Source of the DNA: Bdellovibrionota bacterium FG-2
GTDB lineage: Bacteria; Bdellovibrionota; UBA1018
Reading direction: 5' to 3'
Assembly (NCBI GenBank): GCA_051382305.1
Contig: JBBCAV010000076.1
Span: forward strand, 1-25,111
Length of the DNA stretch: 25,111 nucleotides
The position numbers and the translations under genes are program-made. The notes under the pieces were generated by a model. That model searched no databases and had not been told where the DNA came from. It saw only the letters and a program-made list of their open reading frames with translations. This document shows positions 9,103-17,164 of the stretch, piece after piece (the first letter of the stretch is position 1; every line of letters begins with the position of its first letter).

Positions 9103-10734
9103 ATGTCCGATGCGAAATTTCAAGTCCCCACGCCGATCAATGAACCGATTCGCCCCTACGCTCCGGGCGACGCCAGCCGCGAATCTTTGAAAGCACGCCT
9201 CAAATCCATGGCGAGCGAAAAACTCGACGTTCCTTGTATCATCGGAGGAAAAGAGGTTCGCACCGGTAACAAACGCAAGGCCGTGATGCCACACTCGCAC
9301 AAAGAAGTCCTCGCAGAATTTCACCTAGCTGGCCCCGCCGAAATGCGCTTGGCTGTTGAAGCTGCGGCCCGCGCCAAGCCCGAGTGGGAGGCGATGCCTT
9401 GGAACGAACGCGTTGCAATTTTCCTGAAGGCTGCGGAGCTCTTGGCCGGTCCCTATCGCGATCAATTGAATGCCTCGACGATGTTGGGCCAATCCAAGAA
9501 CGCGTTCCAAGCCGAGATCGACGCCGCCTGTGAACTCATCGACTTTTTCCGCTTCAACGCCCACTACTACCAGCAGATCATGGAGCAGCAGCCGATTTCG
9601 TCGGCTGGCGTTTGGAACCGCATGGATTATCGCCCGCTCGAGGGATTTGTGCTCGCAGTCACTCCCTTTAATTTCACTTCGATTGCGGGCAATTTGCCCA
9701 CGGCTCCTGCGCTGTGTGGGAACACCGTGATTTGGAAGCCTGCAAACACCCAGATTCCTTCTGCCTATTATTTGATGAAGTTGTTCAAAGAGGCTGGCTT
9801 CCCCGATGGCGTCATCAACTTCCTGCCTTCAGTGGGCGCAGAGGTGGGGACGACCCTGCTCCCCTCTCCTGAGTTGGGCGGGATTCATTTCACCGGCTCC
9901 ACCAGTACCTTTCAGTCCATGTACAAAACTGTGGGCGAGAATATTGATAAGTACGGATCTTATCCCAGAGTTGTGGGCGAAACCGGCGGGAAGGACTTTA
10001 TCTTCGTCCATCGCTCTGCTGATCAAGAAGCTGTGGTCACCGCACTTGTACGAGGGGCCTTCGAATATCAAGGGCAGAAGTGCTCAGCGGCATCGCGGGC
10101 GTATGTGCCCCGCAGCCTTTGGAGCTTCATCAGCAAAGAACTCGCAGCGCAAGTTTCATCACTCAAGATGGGCGATGTACGAGATTTTAGAAACTTCGTG
10201 AACGCCGTCATTGATGAGCGCGAGTTTAAGCGCATCTACTCGTATGTCGAGCACGCGAAGAACTCTTCTGAAGCTAAGATCCTGGTTGGCGGAAAAGCCA
10301 ACTCCGAAGTGGGCTACTTTATCGAACCCACCGTGATCGTCACTGAAAATCCGGGCTACAAAAGCATGGTCGAAGAGATTTTTGGACCCGTGATGACGAT
10401 TTTTGTTTATGATGACGCCAAGCTTGATGAAGCCTTGAAATTTTGTGATGAAAGCTCACCTTACGCACTCACTGGCGCGGTGTTTGCGCAGGATCGGTCG
10501 GCGATCACGCAGATCAGCTCACGCTTGAGACACGCCGCTGGAAACTTCTACATTAATGACAAGCCTACGGGCGCAGTCGTAGGCCAACAGCCGTTCGGGG
10601 GCGCGCGCGCTTCGGGTACGAACGATAAAGCAGGCAGCGTGCTGAATCTCTATCGCTGGCTATCGCCTCGCTCGATCAAGGAGACGTTTGTGCCCGCAAA
10701 GGACTATGGTTATCCGTTTATGAACGCAGAGTAG
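9103..10734 (+). CDS. pruA: L-glutamate gamma-semialdehyde (P5C) dehydrogenase
   Basis: ALDH motifs TPFNFTSIAGNL, HFTGST, GETGGK, FEYQGQKCSAASR (catalytic Cys), EEIFGP, and INDKPTGAVVGQQPFGG..SGTNDKAG. SD GAGGAG at 9089-9094 precedes ATG 9103. Confidence 0.95.
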   Translation: MSDAKFQVPTPINEPIRPYAPGDASRESLKARLKSMASEKLDVPCIIGGKEVRTGNKRKAVMPHSHKEVLAEFHLAGPAEMRLAVEAAARAKPEWEAMPWNERVAIFLKAAELLAGPYRDQLNASTMLGQSKNAFQAEIDAACELIDFFRFNAHYYQQIMEQQPISSAGVWNRMDYRPLEGFVLAVTPFNFTSIAGNLPTAPALCGNTVIWKPANTQIPSAYYLMKLFKEAGFPDGVINFLPSVGAEVGTTLLPSPELGGIHFTGSTSTFQSMYKTVGENIDKYGSYPRVVGETGGKDFIFVHRSADQEAVVTALVRGAFEYQGQKCSAASRAYVPRSLWSFISKELAAQVSSLKMGDVRDFRNFVNAVIDEREFKRIYSYVEHAKNSSEAKILVGGKANSEVGYFIEPTVIVTENPGYKSMVEEIFGPVMTIFVYDDAKLDEALKFCDESSPYALTGAVFAQDRSAITQISSRLRHAAGNFYINDKPTGAVVGQQPFGGARASGTNDKAGSVLNLYRWLSPRSIKETFVPAKDYGYPFMNAE

Positions 10735-10747
10735 CATCCAGCGTCAT

Positions 10748-11722
10748 TCACTGCTTTGCAAGATTTCTCACGATATCCTTGCTAACTACACGATTCTTGC
10801 CATTTTTCTTGGCATAATACATCGCTTCATCAGAAGCCTTGAGAACCTCTTCGTAAGTTTGTCCATCTTCTGGAAAACTGGAGACCCCAATACTCACTGA
10901 GACCTTGCCAAGCGGTTGAAACGACGCAAAGTCAAAATCAGTAGTTTCGATTGCAACTCGAATGCGCTCTGCAAGCTCGGATGCGCCCCTCCAGTCCACC
11001 TCTGGACAAAGTATAGCAAACTCTTCCCCCCCATACCGAGCAGGAAGGTCGCTCGCGCGGCATTTGCTTTGAAGAATACCGGCTAATCTTCGCAAGAGCG
11101 CATCGCCCGCAGGATGGCCGTTTCTATCATTATAGTGTTTGAAATTATCGAGGTCGAAAAAGATAATTGCATAGTTGCTACCATAGCGAATAGACCGAGA
11201 GTGCTCGACACCCAACTGATCTTTGAAATGCCTAAAATTAAACAAACCCGTCATCTCATCGACCTTCGTCATCATCGAGAGCTTGCCGTTGGCGACCTGG
11301 AGCTCCCCCATAAGTTCATCTCGTTTTTTTTCCACTTCGACCTGTTGCGTAATATCGCGAACGATAACTTGCAGGACTTTTTCTGAATTAGACAGATCCA
11401 ACGGACCTGCGGTCACCTCAACAAACATAGGAACCGAAAGCACAAGCTCACTCTTAAATCGCCTCGGAGAATAGCGGCGGGAAGCGACCCGAAGCCCTTT
11501 CTCAAATTCCTCCCGCAGAGGCTCTTTCACGAGCTCCAAAAAATTTTTTCCGACAAACGTCTCAGCGCCCTCGCCGAGCACTCTTTCAGAAGACGGATTG
11601 TATTCGAGGATCTGATAAGTTTTTGTATCCACCAAGAAAGCCATGTCCCAAAGTCTTTCGAAAAGATCCGCATAAGCTGCGAGCCGTGAGGGTGGTGCGG
11701 GAGGGGTCGTTTGATTTTCCAT
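10748..11722 (-). CDS. PAS-GGDEF diguanylate cyclase
   Basis: N-terminal PAS-like region ending VIVRDIT, then a coiled coil, DEMTGLFN, FDLDNFKHYNDRNGHPAGD, an RxxD I-site (RASD) and an intact RYGGEEF active site. Confidence 0.93.
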   Translation of the reverse strand: MENQTTPPAPPSRLAAYADLFERLWDMAFLVDTKTYQILEYNPSSERVLGEGAETFVGKNFLELVKEPLREEFEKGLRVASRRYSPRRFKSELVLSVPMFVEVTAGPLDLSNSEKVLQVIVRDITQQVEVEKKRDELMGELQVANGKLSMMTKVDEMTGLFNFRHFKDQLGVEHSRSIRYGSNYAIIFFDLDNFKHYNDRNGHPAGDALLRRLAGILQSKCRASDLPARYGGEEFAILCPEVDWRGASELAERIRVAIETTDFDFASFQPLGKVSVSIGVSSFPEDGQTYEEVLKASDEAMYYAKKNGKNRVVSKDIVRNLAKQ

Positions 11723-11849
11723 TCCCTAAATGTAGCATGAGAAGTGACAAATTACAGTGTTCCAACTGGTTTTCGCATGGCGACAATTCGGAATTTAGTC
11801 GTTTTTTCCACAAGCAAGCTGGGCGAGTCTTTGGTAACACCCTTTACCT

Positions 11850-12773
11850 ATGAGAACCGCCCATTTCGTTTTACCTTTTTTCGGCCTATTTTCACTTTCC
11901 GCCTTCGCTGTTTGTCCTGATCCTGTCGCAGCCGAGACGCTTCAAGACTGCCCGTGGGCTGAAATCGCACGAGACTTTTCCAGTTTTGAAAAAGCCGCCC
12001 CAGGCCTAGTCAATCAAATCAAAGCGGATTCCACCTCCCCACTTCGAAACCTCTGGGGACAGAGCATTAACTACGACGAGCTTGCCAAAGGAGTCATCCT
12101 CTCGGGAGAAATCCTACATAAGCTCGAATCCCTTTTTGGGGTGCCTCAGTCCCTGGAAAAAGCGTACGATCTTGATCGATCCATTGCCCACGCCGGACTC
12201 GAACACACCTACGGCTACCTCTTTAGCTTGCTGAAAACCTCGTTTGGCTACAAACGCGCCAGATGGGTACAGGGAGAAATCGAGAAGGGATTTGGCCTCC
12301 CTGCGGGACTTTTGAGCCCCACGCCTTCGAGTGGCACTCTGTTTTCTAATGCCAGCGTATTTTTCGGGAAAATCGCCTTCCGAAATTCTGCGAAAGAAAA
12401 AACTCTTCTGAATAAAAGCGCAGGCACTGCTGCTCAAGCGATTCGGGAATTCAACCCAACCACCCTTCGCACCACAAGGATCGAAGAGCAGGTTGAAATT
12501 GAAACGACAACGGTGGGAATACGCAAAGTCCTACTTCGAACGGACCTCACCCCCTTCACAAAGGGCGATGGCTGGCTCTTAGTCTATTCCGTGGTCGACT
12601 CCGAGCTCGGCGGGGCACGCCTCATCACCGCGTTCCCTATCAAGTCCGACTTTGCGATCAATCTCCTCAAACCGCAGAACTTTGGATTTCATAAGGACCT
12701 CACCACTCGCTACAACGGATACATTCGTGGACTCAGCGGGAAAAATCTGCCCGGCAAAAGAATCCTTTTTTAA
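11850..12773 (+). CDS. Hypothetical secreted protein
   Basis: 307-aa ORF with a signal-peptide-like N-terminus (MRTAHFVLPFFGLFSLSAFA). It ends 5 nt before the ABC ATPase gene. Confidence 0.8.
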   Translation: MRTAHFVLPFFGLFSLSAFAVCPDPVAAETLQDCPWAEIARDFSSFEKAAPGLVNQIKADSTSPLRNLWGQSINYDELAKGVILSGEILHKLESLFGVPQSLEKAYDLDRSIAHAGLEHTYGYLFSLLKTSFGYKRARWVQGEIEKGFGLPAGLLSPTPSSGTLFSNASVFFGKIAFRNSAKEKTLLNKSAGTAAQAIREFNPTTLRTTRIEEQVEIETTTVGIRKVLLRTDLTPFTKGDGWLLVYSVVDSELGGARLITAFPIKSDFAINLLKPQNFGFHKDLTTRYNGYIRGLSGKNLPGKRILF

Positions 12774-12778
12774 ACCCT

Positions 12779-13837
12779 ATGAACCTCAAAAAAGCACCGA
12801 TTATCGAAGTTAAGAATCTATCGCGAACCTTTCGATCGACCAAAAAAAAAGCGGGCCTGATGGGATCCCTGGGACTTCTGCTCAAACCCGAGATTCAGAC
12901 CCACGACGCTCTCACCGACGTGAGTTTCGAAATTGAAGCGGGTTCTTTTAATGGCCTCATCGGTGCGAACGGCGCAGGAAAAACGACCCTATTAAAGATT
13001 CTTTCCGGTTTAATTCCCCCATCCTCCGGCGAGGCTCTCGTTTTGGATGAAAATCCATTCAAACGATCTCTGAGTTTTCGAAGGCAGATCTCGCTTGTCA
13101 TGGGTCAGAAGGCACAACTTTGGTGGGATCTTCCCGCCGTCGATGCATTCGATCTGTTGCAGGCGATTTTTGAAATTCCAAAAAAGACCTACCAGGAACG
13201 AATGAGCACCCTGACGGAACTTTTGGATGTTACGAAGCTACTGAACACCCAAATCCGCCGACTCTCACTGGGAGAACGCATGAAGATGGAGCTGATTGGA
13301 GCGCTTCTTCATTGGCCAAAAATAATTTTTTTGGATGAGCCGACCATCGGCCTTGATATTTTGGCAGCCCACAAACTGCGGGAGTTTCTGAAGGTCTTCA
13401 ATCATCGAGAGAAAGCGACGATTATACTCACCAGCCATAATATGGATGACATCGAGCGTCTCTGCTCACGGGTCATTATACTACGCGCGGGTAAAATGAT
13501 TTACGACGGCACCCCCACCGGACTCACGAACGAAGGCGAGCGCCGCCTCCGAGTTAGACTTATGCAGACCCCAACGATGAATGAGCTCTGCCAGATCACG
13601 GGTCTGCCGTCCGAGCGCATTGAGCTACAAAAACAAAACAATAGCGAAGAAAAATCTGAGGGCGAAGCCGAGGCACCAGCGCATGAATCTGTTTTGTTTT
13701 CACTGGGGCAGGAACGGATCGTCGGAGTCCTTCAATCCCTGATGCAACGATTTCAAATCATCGACATGGGGATTGAACAGCAGAGCTTGGAGCACGTCAT
13801 TCAGCGCCTCTATTCGGAAGAGCGAGCCGGCGTATGA
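12779..13837 (+). CDS. ABC transporter ATP-binding protein (COG4586-like)
   Basis: Walker A GANGAGKTT, GQKAQLWWDLP, signature LSLGERMK, Walker B IFLDEPTIGLD, and the H-loop TSHNMDD. Confidence 0.95.
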   Translation: MNLKKAPIIEVKNLSRTFRSTKKKAGLMGSLGLLLKPEIQTHDALTDVSFEIEAGSFNGLIGANGAGKTTLLKILSGLIPPSSGEALVLDENPFKRSLSFRRQISLVMGQKAQLWWDLPAVDAFDLLQAIFEIPKKTYQERMSTLTELLDVTKLLNTQIRRLSLGERMKMELIGALLHWPKIIFLDEPTIGLDILAAHKLREFLKVFNHREKATIILTSHNMDDIERLCSRVIILRAGKMIYDGTPTGLTNEGERRLRVRLMQTPTMNELCQITGLPSERIELQKQNNSEEKSEGEAEAPAHESVLFSLGQERIVGVLQSLMQRFQIIDMGIEQQSLEHVIQRLYSEERAGV

Positions 13838-14625
13838 ACCTCGGATGGAGGTGGGCCGCTCTACGAAACGGTCTCCAAGACGCAACCGCATATCGCATCG
13901 AGTTTCTATTTGAGTTCGTAGGCTCTGCTTTTGTTCCTGCAACGGTTCAATGGATCGTTTGGTACGCGTTGTTTCAACTGGGAGGCGCGACCACCGTAGC
14001 TGGAATGACCTATGTCGACATGATTCAGTACACGCTCATGAGCGTACTCTTCACCCAAATTCGCGGGGGCGACCAAGACTTCGAACTTCAGGAAATGATT
14101 CGCACGGGCCAACTCAGCAACTACCTTCTCAGGCCTGTCGGCGTCGTTGAGTTCGTTTTCATCCGCGGGCTCGCTCCCAAGATTTTTATCGCAGGGTTTT
14201 GCCTCCTCATTGGTTTTGCCATCAGCTTGTTCTTTCCCTTTTCTGCGGCCCGAATGGTAGGCGCGATGCTTTTGGCCCTGATGGGAAACATTATTCACTA
14301 CCAGATCGGCGCCGCTCTCTCTACGGTTGCGTTTTATTGGGAGGAGGCGTTTGCCATGCTCATGGTGAAAAACTTGATCGTGAGTTTACTCTCGGGGGAG
14401 AAGATTCCGTTGAATTTAATCCCAGCAGCGTATTCTTGGATTTGGAAATCGACTCCTTTTTATCTCTACGTTTTTGCCCCCACCCAGTTTGCATTGGGAC
14501 GCACTTCTGTGAGCCAGTTCATCAGCGAGCTTTTGCTCGCGCTCGTATGGATCATTGCGTGCTGGGGCCTCATCCGACTCACCTGGGGTTTTAGCATTAA
14601 ACGTTATTTGAGTTTGGGAGGCTGA
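13834..14625 (+). CDS. ABC-2 family permease (DUF990/COG4587-like)
   Basis: About 6 hydrophobic segments and the motif IRTGQLSNYLLRP. ATGA overlap with the ATPase stop codon. Confidence 0.9.
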   Translation: MNLGWRWAALRNGLQDATAYRIEFLFEFVGSAFVPATVQWIVWYALFQLGGATTVAGMTYVDMIQYTLMSVLFTQIRGGDQDFELQEMIRTGQLSNYLLRPVGVVEFVFIRGLAPKIFIAGFCLLIGFAISLFFPFSAARMVGAMLLALMGNIIHYQIGAALSTVAFYWEEAFAMLMVKNLIVSLLSGEKIPLNLIPAAYSWIWKSTPFYLYVFAPTQFALGRTSVSQFISELLLALVWIIACWGLIRLTWGFSIKRYLSLGG

Positions 14626-14629
14626 ATCT

Positions 14630-15427
14630 ATGTGGAGCACCTTTAGGCGCTACGCCCGAATCTATGGCGTGCAGATAAAAAACAACTTCGTGCGTGAGGC
14701 CGTGTATCGGACCAACTTTCTAACTTCCCTTGCCGTCGACATTGTTTGGATGGTAATCGAGCTTAGTTTTTTTTCGATACTTTACGCCAACACCCCCGTA
14801 CTGCTGGGCTGGACCCGTCCTCAGGTCTACTTTTTCTTAGGAATCTTTTTCGCGTCCGACGCCCTCTTTACTACTTTTTTTCAACGCAACTTCTGGCAGT
14901 TCTCAGACTTGGTCAACAAGGGTGAACTCGACATTCTGCTGACCAAGCCGGTACACCCCGTTTTTCTGGCGCTCTCTCGTTGGATCAATCTCACCAATAT
15001 TTTAAACTTCATCGTCGGCATGGCGATCGCCGTAAGGTATGCCGCGGAGGCGGGATTCCCAGGCGGGTGGCATTGGATAACGGTGGCTGCATGGCTCGCC
15101 TTTGGAGTTGTCTCGGCTTTGCTTATTCGGTTCGCATTTTCGATTTGGGTTTTTTGGACGGAGCGGAGCTGGGCGATCTCAAGACTATATTATCAGTTCT
15201 TCCATTTCGCATCTCTGCCGGACACCCTCTTTCCAAAGATGATCCGATATCTTTTGCTCACTCTCGTGCCCGTCGCTTTTATTGGGAGCGTTCCGGCGCG
15301 CGCGATCCTTCACGGACTTGAGCCTTCGGAGTACGCACTACTCGCCGGGGTGCTCACCTTCTTTTTTGTAGCCAACGGAATTCTCTGGCACGCGGGACTT
15401 AGACGGTATCAGAGCGTGAGCAGCTAG
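14630..15427 (+). CDS. ABC-2 family permease (DUF990/COG3694-like)
   Basis: About 6 hydrophobic segments with YRTNF, GW...V and the motif VNKGELDILLTKP. Confidence 0.9.
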   Translation: MWSTFRRYARIYGVQIKNNFVREAVYRTNFLTSLAVDIVWMVIELSFFSILYANTPVLLGWTRPQVYFFLGIFFASDALFTTFFQRNFWQFSDLVNKGELDILLTKPVHPVFLALSRWINLTNILNFIVGMAIAVRYAAEAGFPGGWHWITVAAWLAFGVVSALLIRFAFSIWVFWTERSWAISRLYYQFFHFASLPDTLFPKMIRYLLLTLVPVAFIGSVPARAILHGLEPSEYALLAGVLTFFFVANGILWHAGLRRYQSVSS

Positions 15428-15442
15428 CGCGGGAGCACTAGC

Positions 15443-15458
15443 GGTCGCCGCGGCGACC
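15443..15458. repeat. 16-bp palindrome GGTCGCCGCGGCGACC, copy 1 (candidate parS)
   Basis: Perfect palindrome in the 33-bp gap between two convergent genes. Confidence 0.85.
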
Positions 15459-15460
15459 AT

Positions 15461-15892
15461 TTACTGGCTTTCGCAGGAATACTGAAGCTCGGCACCACCC
15501 GCAGAAGTGGGGGAATCAAGAAGATAGACCAGTCCCGTCGATCGACCTGCCAGCATCAGACCGTCTCCTTCTTGCCACAAAACACGTTGAATCATCTTAT
15601 CGTCTCGGGAAACACTAAGGCCGATTGAACCGCCTTCGTACTTTGTAAAATAGAGAACGAAACTAAAGTTCTTTAGAGTCTGAGTTCCCTTGCCATTTCT
15701 TGCTTCCATTGCAGAATTTACAGCCCATTCAAAATCGGCTTTATCGCCATTCGCGTAAAAGTGACACGAAACCTTAGTGGGCTTTGGTGGTTCTTTCGGT
15801 AAAGTCTCAGGGCTCTGCGACTCGCTTGCATATGAGACAACGGCCCCCATAAGCAGCAGCCCAGCGATCCAACCAAAATAACTCTTCTTCAT
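15461..15892 (-). CDS. Hypothetical secreted protein (143 aa)
   Basis: Signal peptide MKKSYFGWIAGLLLMGAVVSYA, a Pro-rich linker, and a beta-rich domain with two Cys (VSC...YSC). AGGAAG lies upstream. Confidence 0.8.
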   Translation of the reverse strand: MKKSYFGWIAGLLLMGAVVSYASESQSPETLPKEPPKPTKVSCHFYANGDKADFEWAVNSAMEARNGKGTQTLKNFSFVLYFTKYEGGSIGLSVSRDDKMIQRVLWQEGDGLMLAGRSTGLVYLLDSPTSAGGAELQYSCESQ

Positions 15893-15928
15893 AAAGTTCT
15901 TCCTATTCTGTTACGAGATAAAGATTTC

Positions 15929-15944
15929 GGTCGCCGCGGCGACC
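15929..15944. repeat. 16-bp palindrome GGTCGCCGCGGCGACC, copy 2 (candidate parS)
   Basis: Perfect palindrome, extending to 20 bp (15927-15946), about 95 bp upstream of the parA start. Confidence 0.85.
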
Positions 15945-15973
15945 GATTTATTTTTCCGAATCCCAAAAATAAC

Positions 15974-16030
15974 TTGCGCCAAAAAACGAACAGCATACTA
16001 TTTGATCAGGTTTTGAATTTCCAAGGAGGG
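15974..16030 (+). promoter_or_regulatory. Putative parA promoter and RBS
   Basis: TTGCGC (15974-15979), 16 nt, then TACTAT (15996-16001). SD AAGGAGGG at 16023-16030 precedes ATG 16039. Confidence 0.45.
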
Positions 16031-16038
16031 CATTCACG

Positions 16039-17136
16039 ATGGCATCATTTAAGAATTTACATTTCACACCGGCCGAATTCACCAACACCGCGAAGGTCAA
16101 TAAACATCTATTTTCTGAGCTTGAAAATGAAGGATTGATTCGCACAGTTCGAAAGCGTATCGGCAATGTCGATCGCAAAATGGTTACGCTTGAAGACATG
16201 CAGAACTACTTTCGCATCCTGCGCGCGAACCCAGATATCTTTTCGTCGGACGCGGCTCCTGGTTCGACAGTAGCGGCAGAAGACTCCACCGGTCGCCACG
16301 GCGACCAAACGGAAAATCATGACGCTGCTGCGTCGACTTCTCCACCGGTCGCCGCGGCGACCAGATTCATTCCGCAGCCTCCGAAAAATAAAATTCAGAT
16401 GCTTTACAACGTAAAGGGCGGAACGGGTAAATCCACCCTGGCAGCTCAGTACGCGATGCGCGCCTCGATGCTAGGACTCAATGTCCTGGCCATTGACTTG
16501 GATGGACAAGGTCACCTCACCGTCAATCTGGATATTTTGGACGCTCACGAAAGACCCACCATTTACGACGTCCTGATTAACGATCTTCCGATCGCCAACG
16601 CCGTGATGAATGTTGCGCCAGGTCTGGATCTGATTCCAGCCAACCTAGGTTTGTGCAATATTGAGATTCCGCTAAATAACAAGCCGCGTCGTGAGTACCG
16701 ACTATCTGAAGCGATCAAGAAGATCGCTCACAATTACGATCTCATTATTGCGGACACCAACCCTGCAGCCTCTATCCTTAATAGCTCGATGTTGGTGGCA
16801 ACCAATTTGGTGAACGTCGTCTGCGCAACGAACCCCCTCTCCTTCCACGGGATGTCTCTAGTCATGGCAACCATCGAAGGCATGGAGCGAGAGTTCGGCC
16901 ATGAGCTTCAAGTGAAGATCATCCCCAATATGTATGATAACCGCGAGGTCATCAGCCAGGAAGTTTTGGGCGAGCTTCGCTCCCAGTTCTCTGAATTCTG
17001 CACGAAGGCCGTCGTCAATCGAAGCGCAGACCTTAATGAGGCCACCAAACGTCGTACTTCGGTTTGGGATGTCAGCACCAAAGGAGTGGCTGCTCAAGAC
17101 ATCAATTCGCTCACTGAAGAGCTAATTTTAAACTAA
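16039..17136 (+). CDS. parA: ParA family partition ATPase with an N-terminal HTH-like extension (type Ia-like)
   Basis: Deviant Walker A NVKGGTGKST, VLAIDLDGQG, LDLIPANL and YDLIIADTNP. An N-terminal extension of about 115 aa (FTPAEF...LENEGLI...RKMVTLEDM) precedes the ATPase domain. Directly upstream of parB. Confidence 0.92.
   Translation: MASFKNLHFTPAEFTNTAKVNKHLFSELENEGLIRTVRKRIGNVDRKMVTLEDMQNYFRILRANPDIFSSDAAPGSTVAAEDSTGRHGDQTENHDAAASTSPPVAAATRFIPQPPKNKIQMLYNVKGGTGKSTLAAQYAMRASMLGLNVLAIDLDGQGHLTVNLDILDAHERPTIYDVLINDLPIANAVMNVAPGLDLIPANLGLCNIEIPLNNKPRREYRLSEAIKKIAHNYDLIIADTNPAASILNSSMLVATNLVNVVCATNPLSFHGMSLVMATIEGMEREFGHELQVKIIPNMYDNREVISQEVLGELRSQFSEFCTKAVVNRSADLNEATKRRTSVWDVSTKGVAAQDINSLTEELILN
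16291..16306. repeat. Palindrome copy 3, GGTCGCCACGGCGACC (1 mismatch), inside parA
   Basis: Part of the direct repeat CTCCACCGGTCGCCRCGGCGACCA (16284-16307). Read in parA as G-R-H-G-D. Confidence 0.8.
16347..16362. repeat. Palindrome copy 4, GGTCGCCGCGGCGACC, inside parA
   Basis: Perfect copy 56 bp after copy 3 (repeat unit 16340-16363). Read in a different frame as P-V-A-A-A-T. Confidence 0.85.
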
Positions 17137-17164
17137 GTTTATTTAAAAAATCAGGAGAAATCTC

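Noticed and set aside
11781-11801. Imperfect inverted repeat CGACAATTC-G-GAATTTAGTCG between divergent genes
   Set aside because: It needs a 2-nt bulge, occurs once and does not resemble a c-di-GMP riboswitch, so it could be chance.
15443-16362. The four palindromes as a CRISPR array or integron attC array
   Set aside because: Spacing is irregular (486, 362, 56 bp), the repeat is only 16 bp, two copies lie inside a coding gene, and there are no cas genes, integrase or GTTRRRY/RYYYAAC cores.
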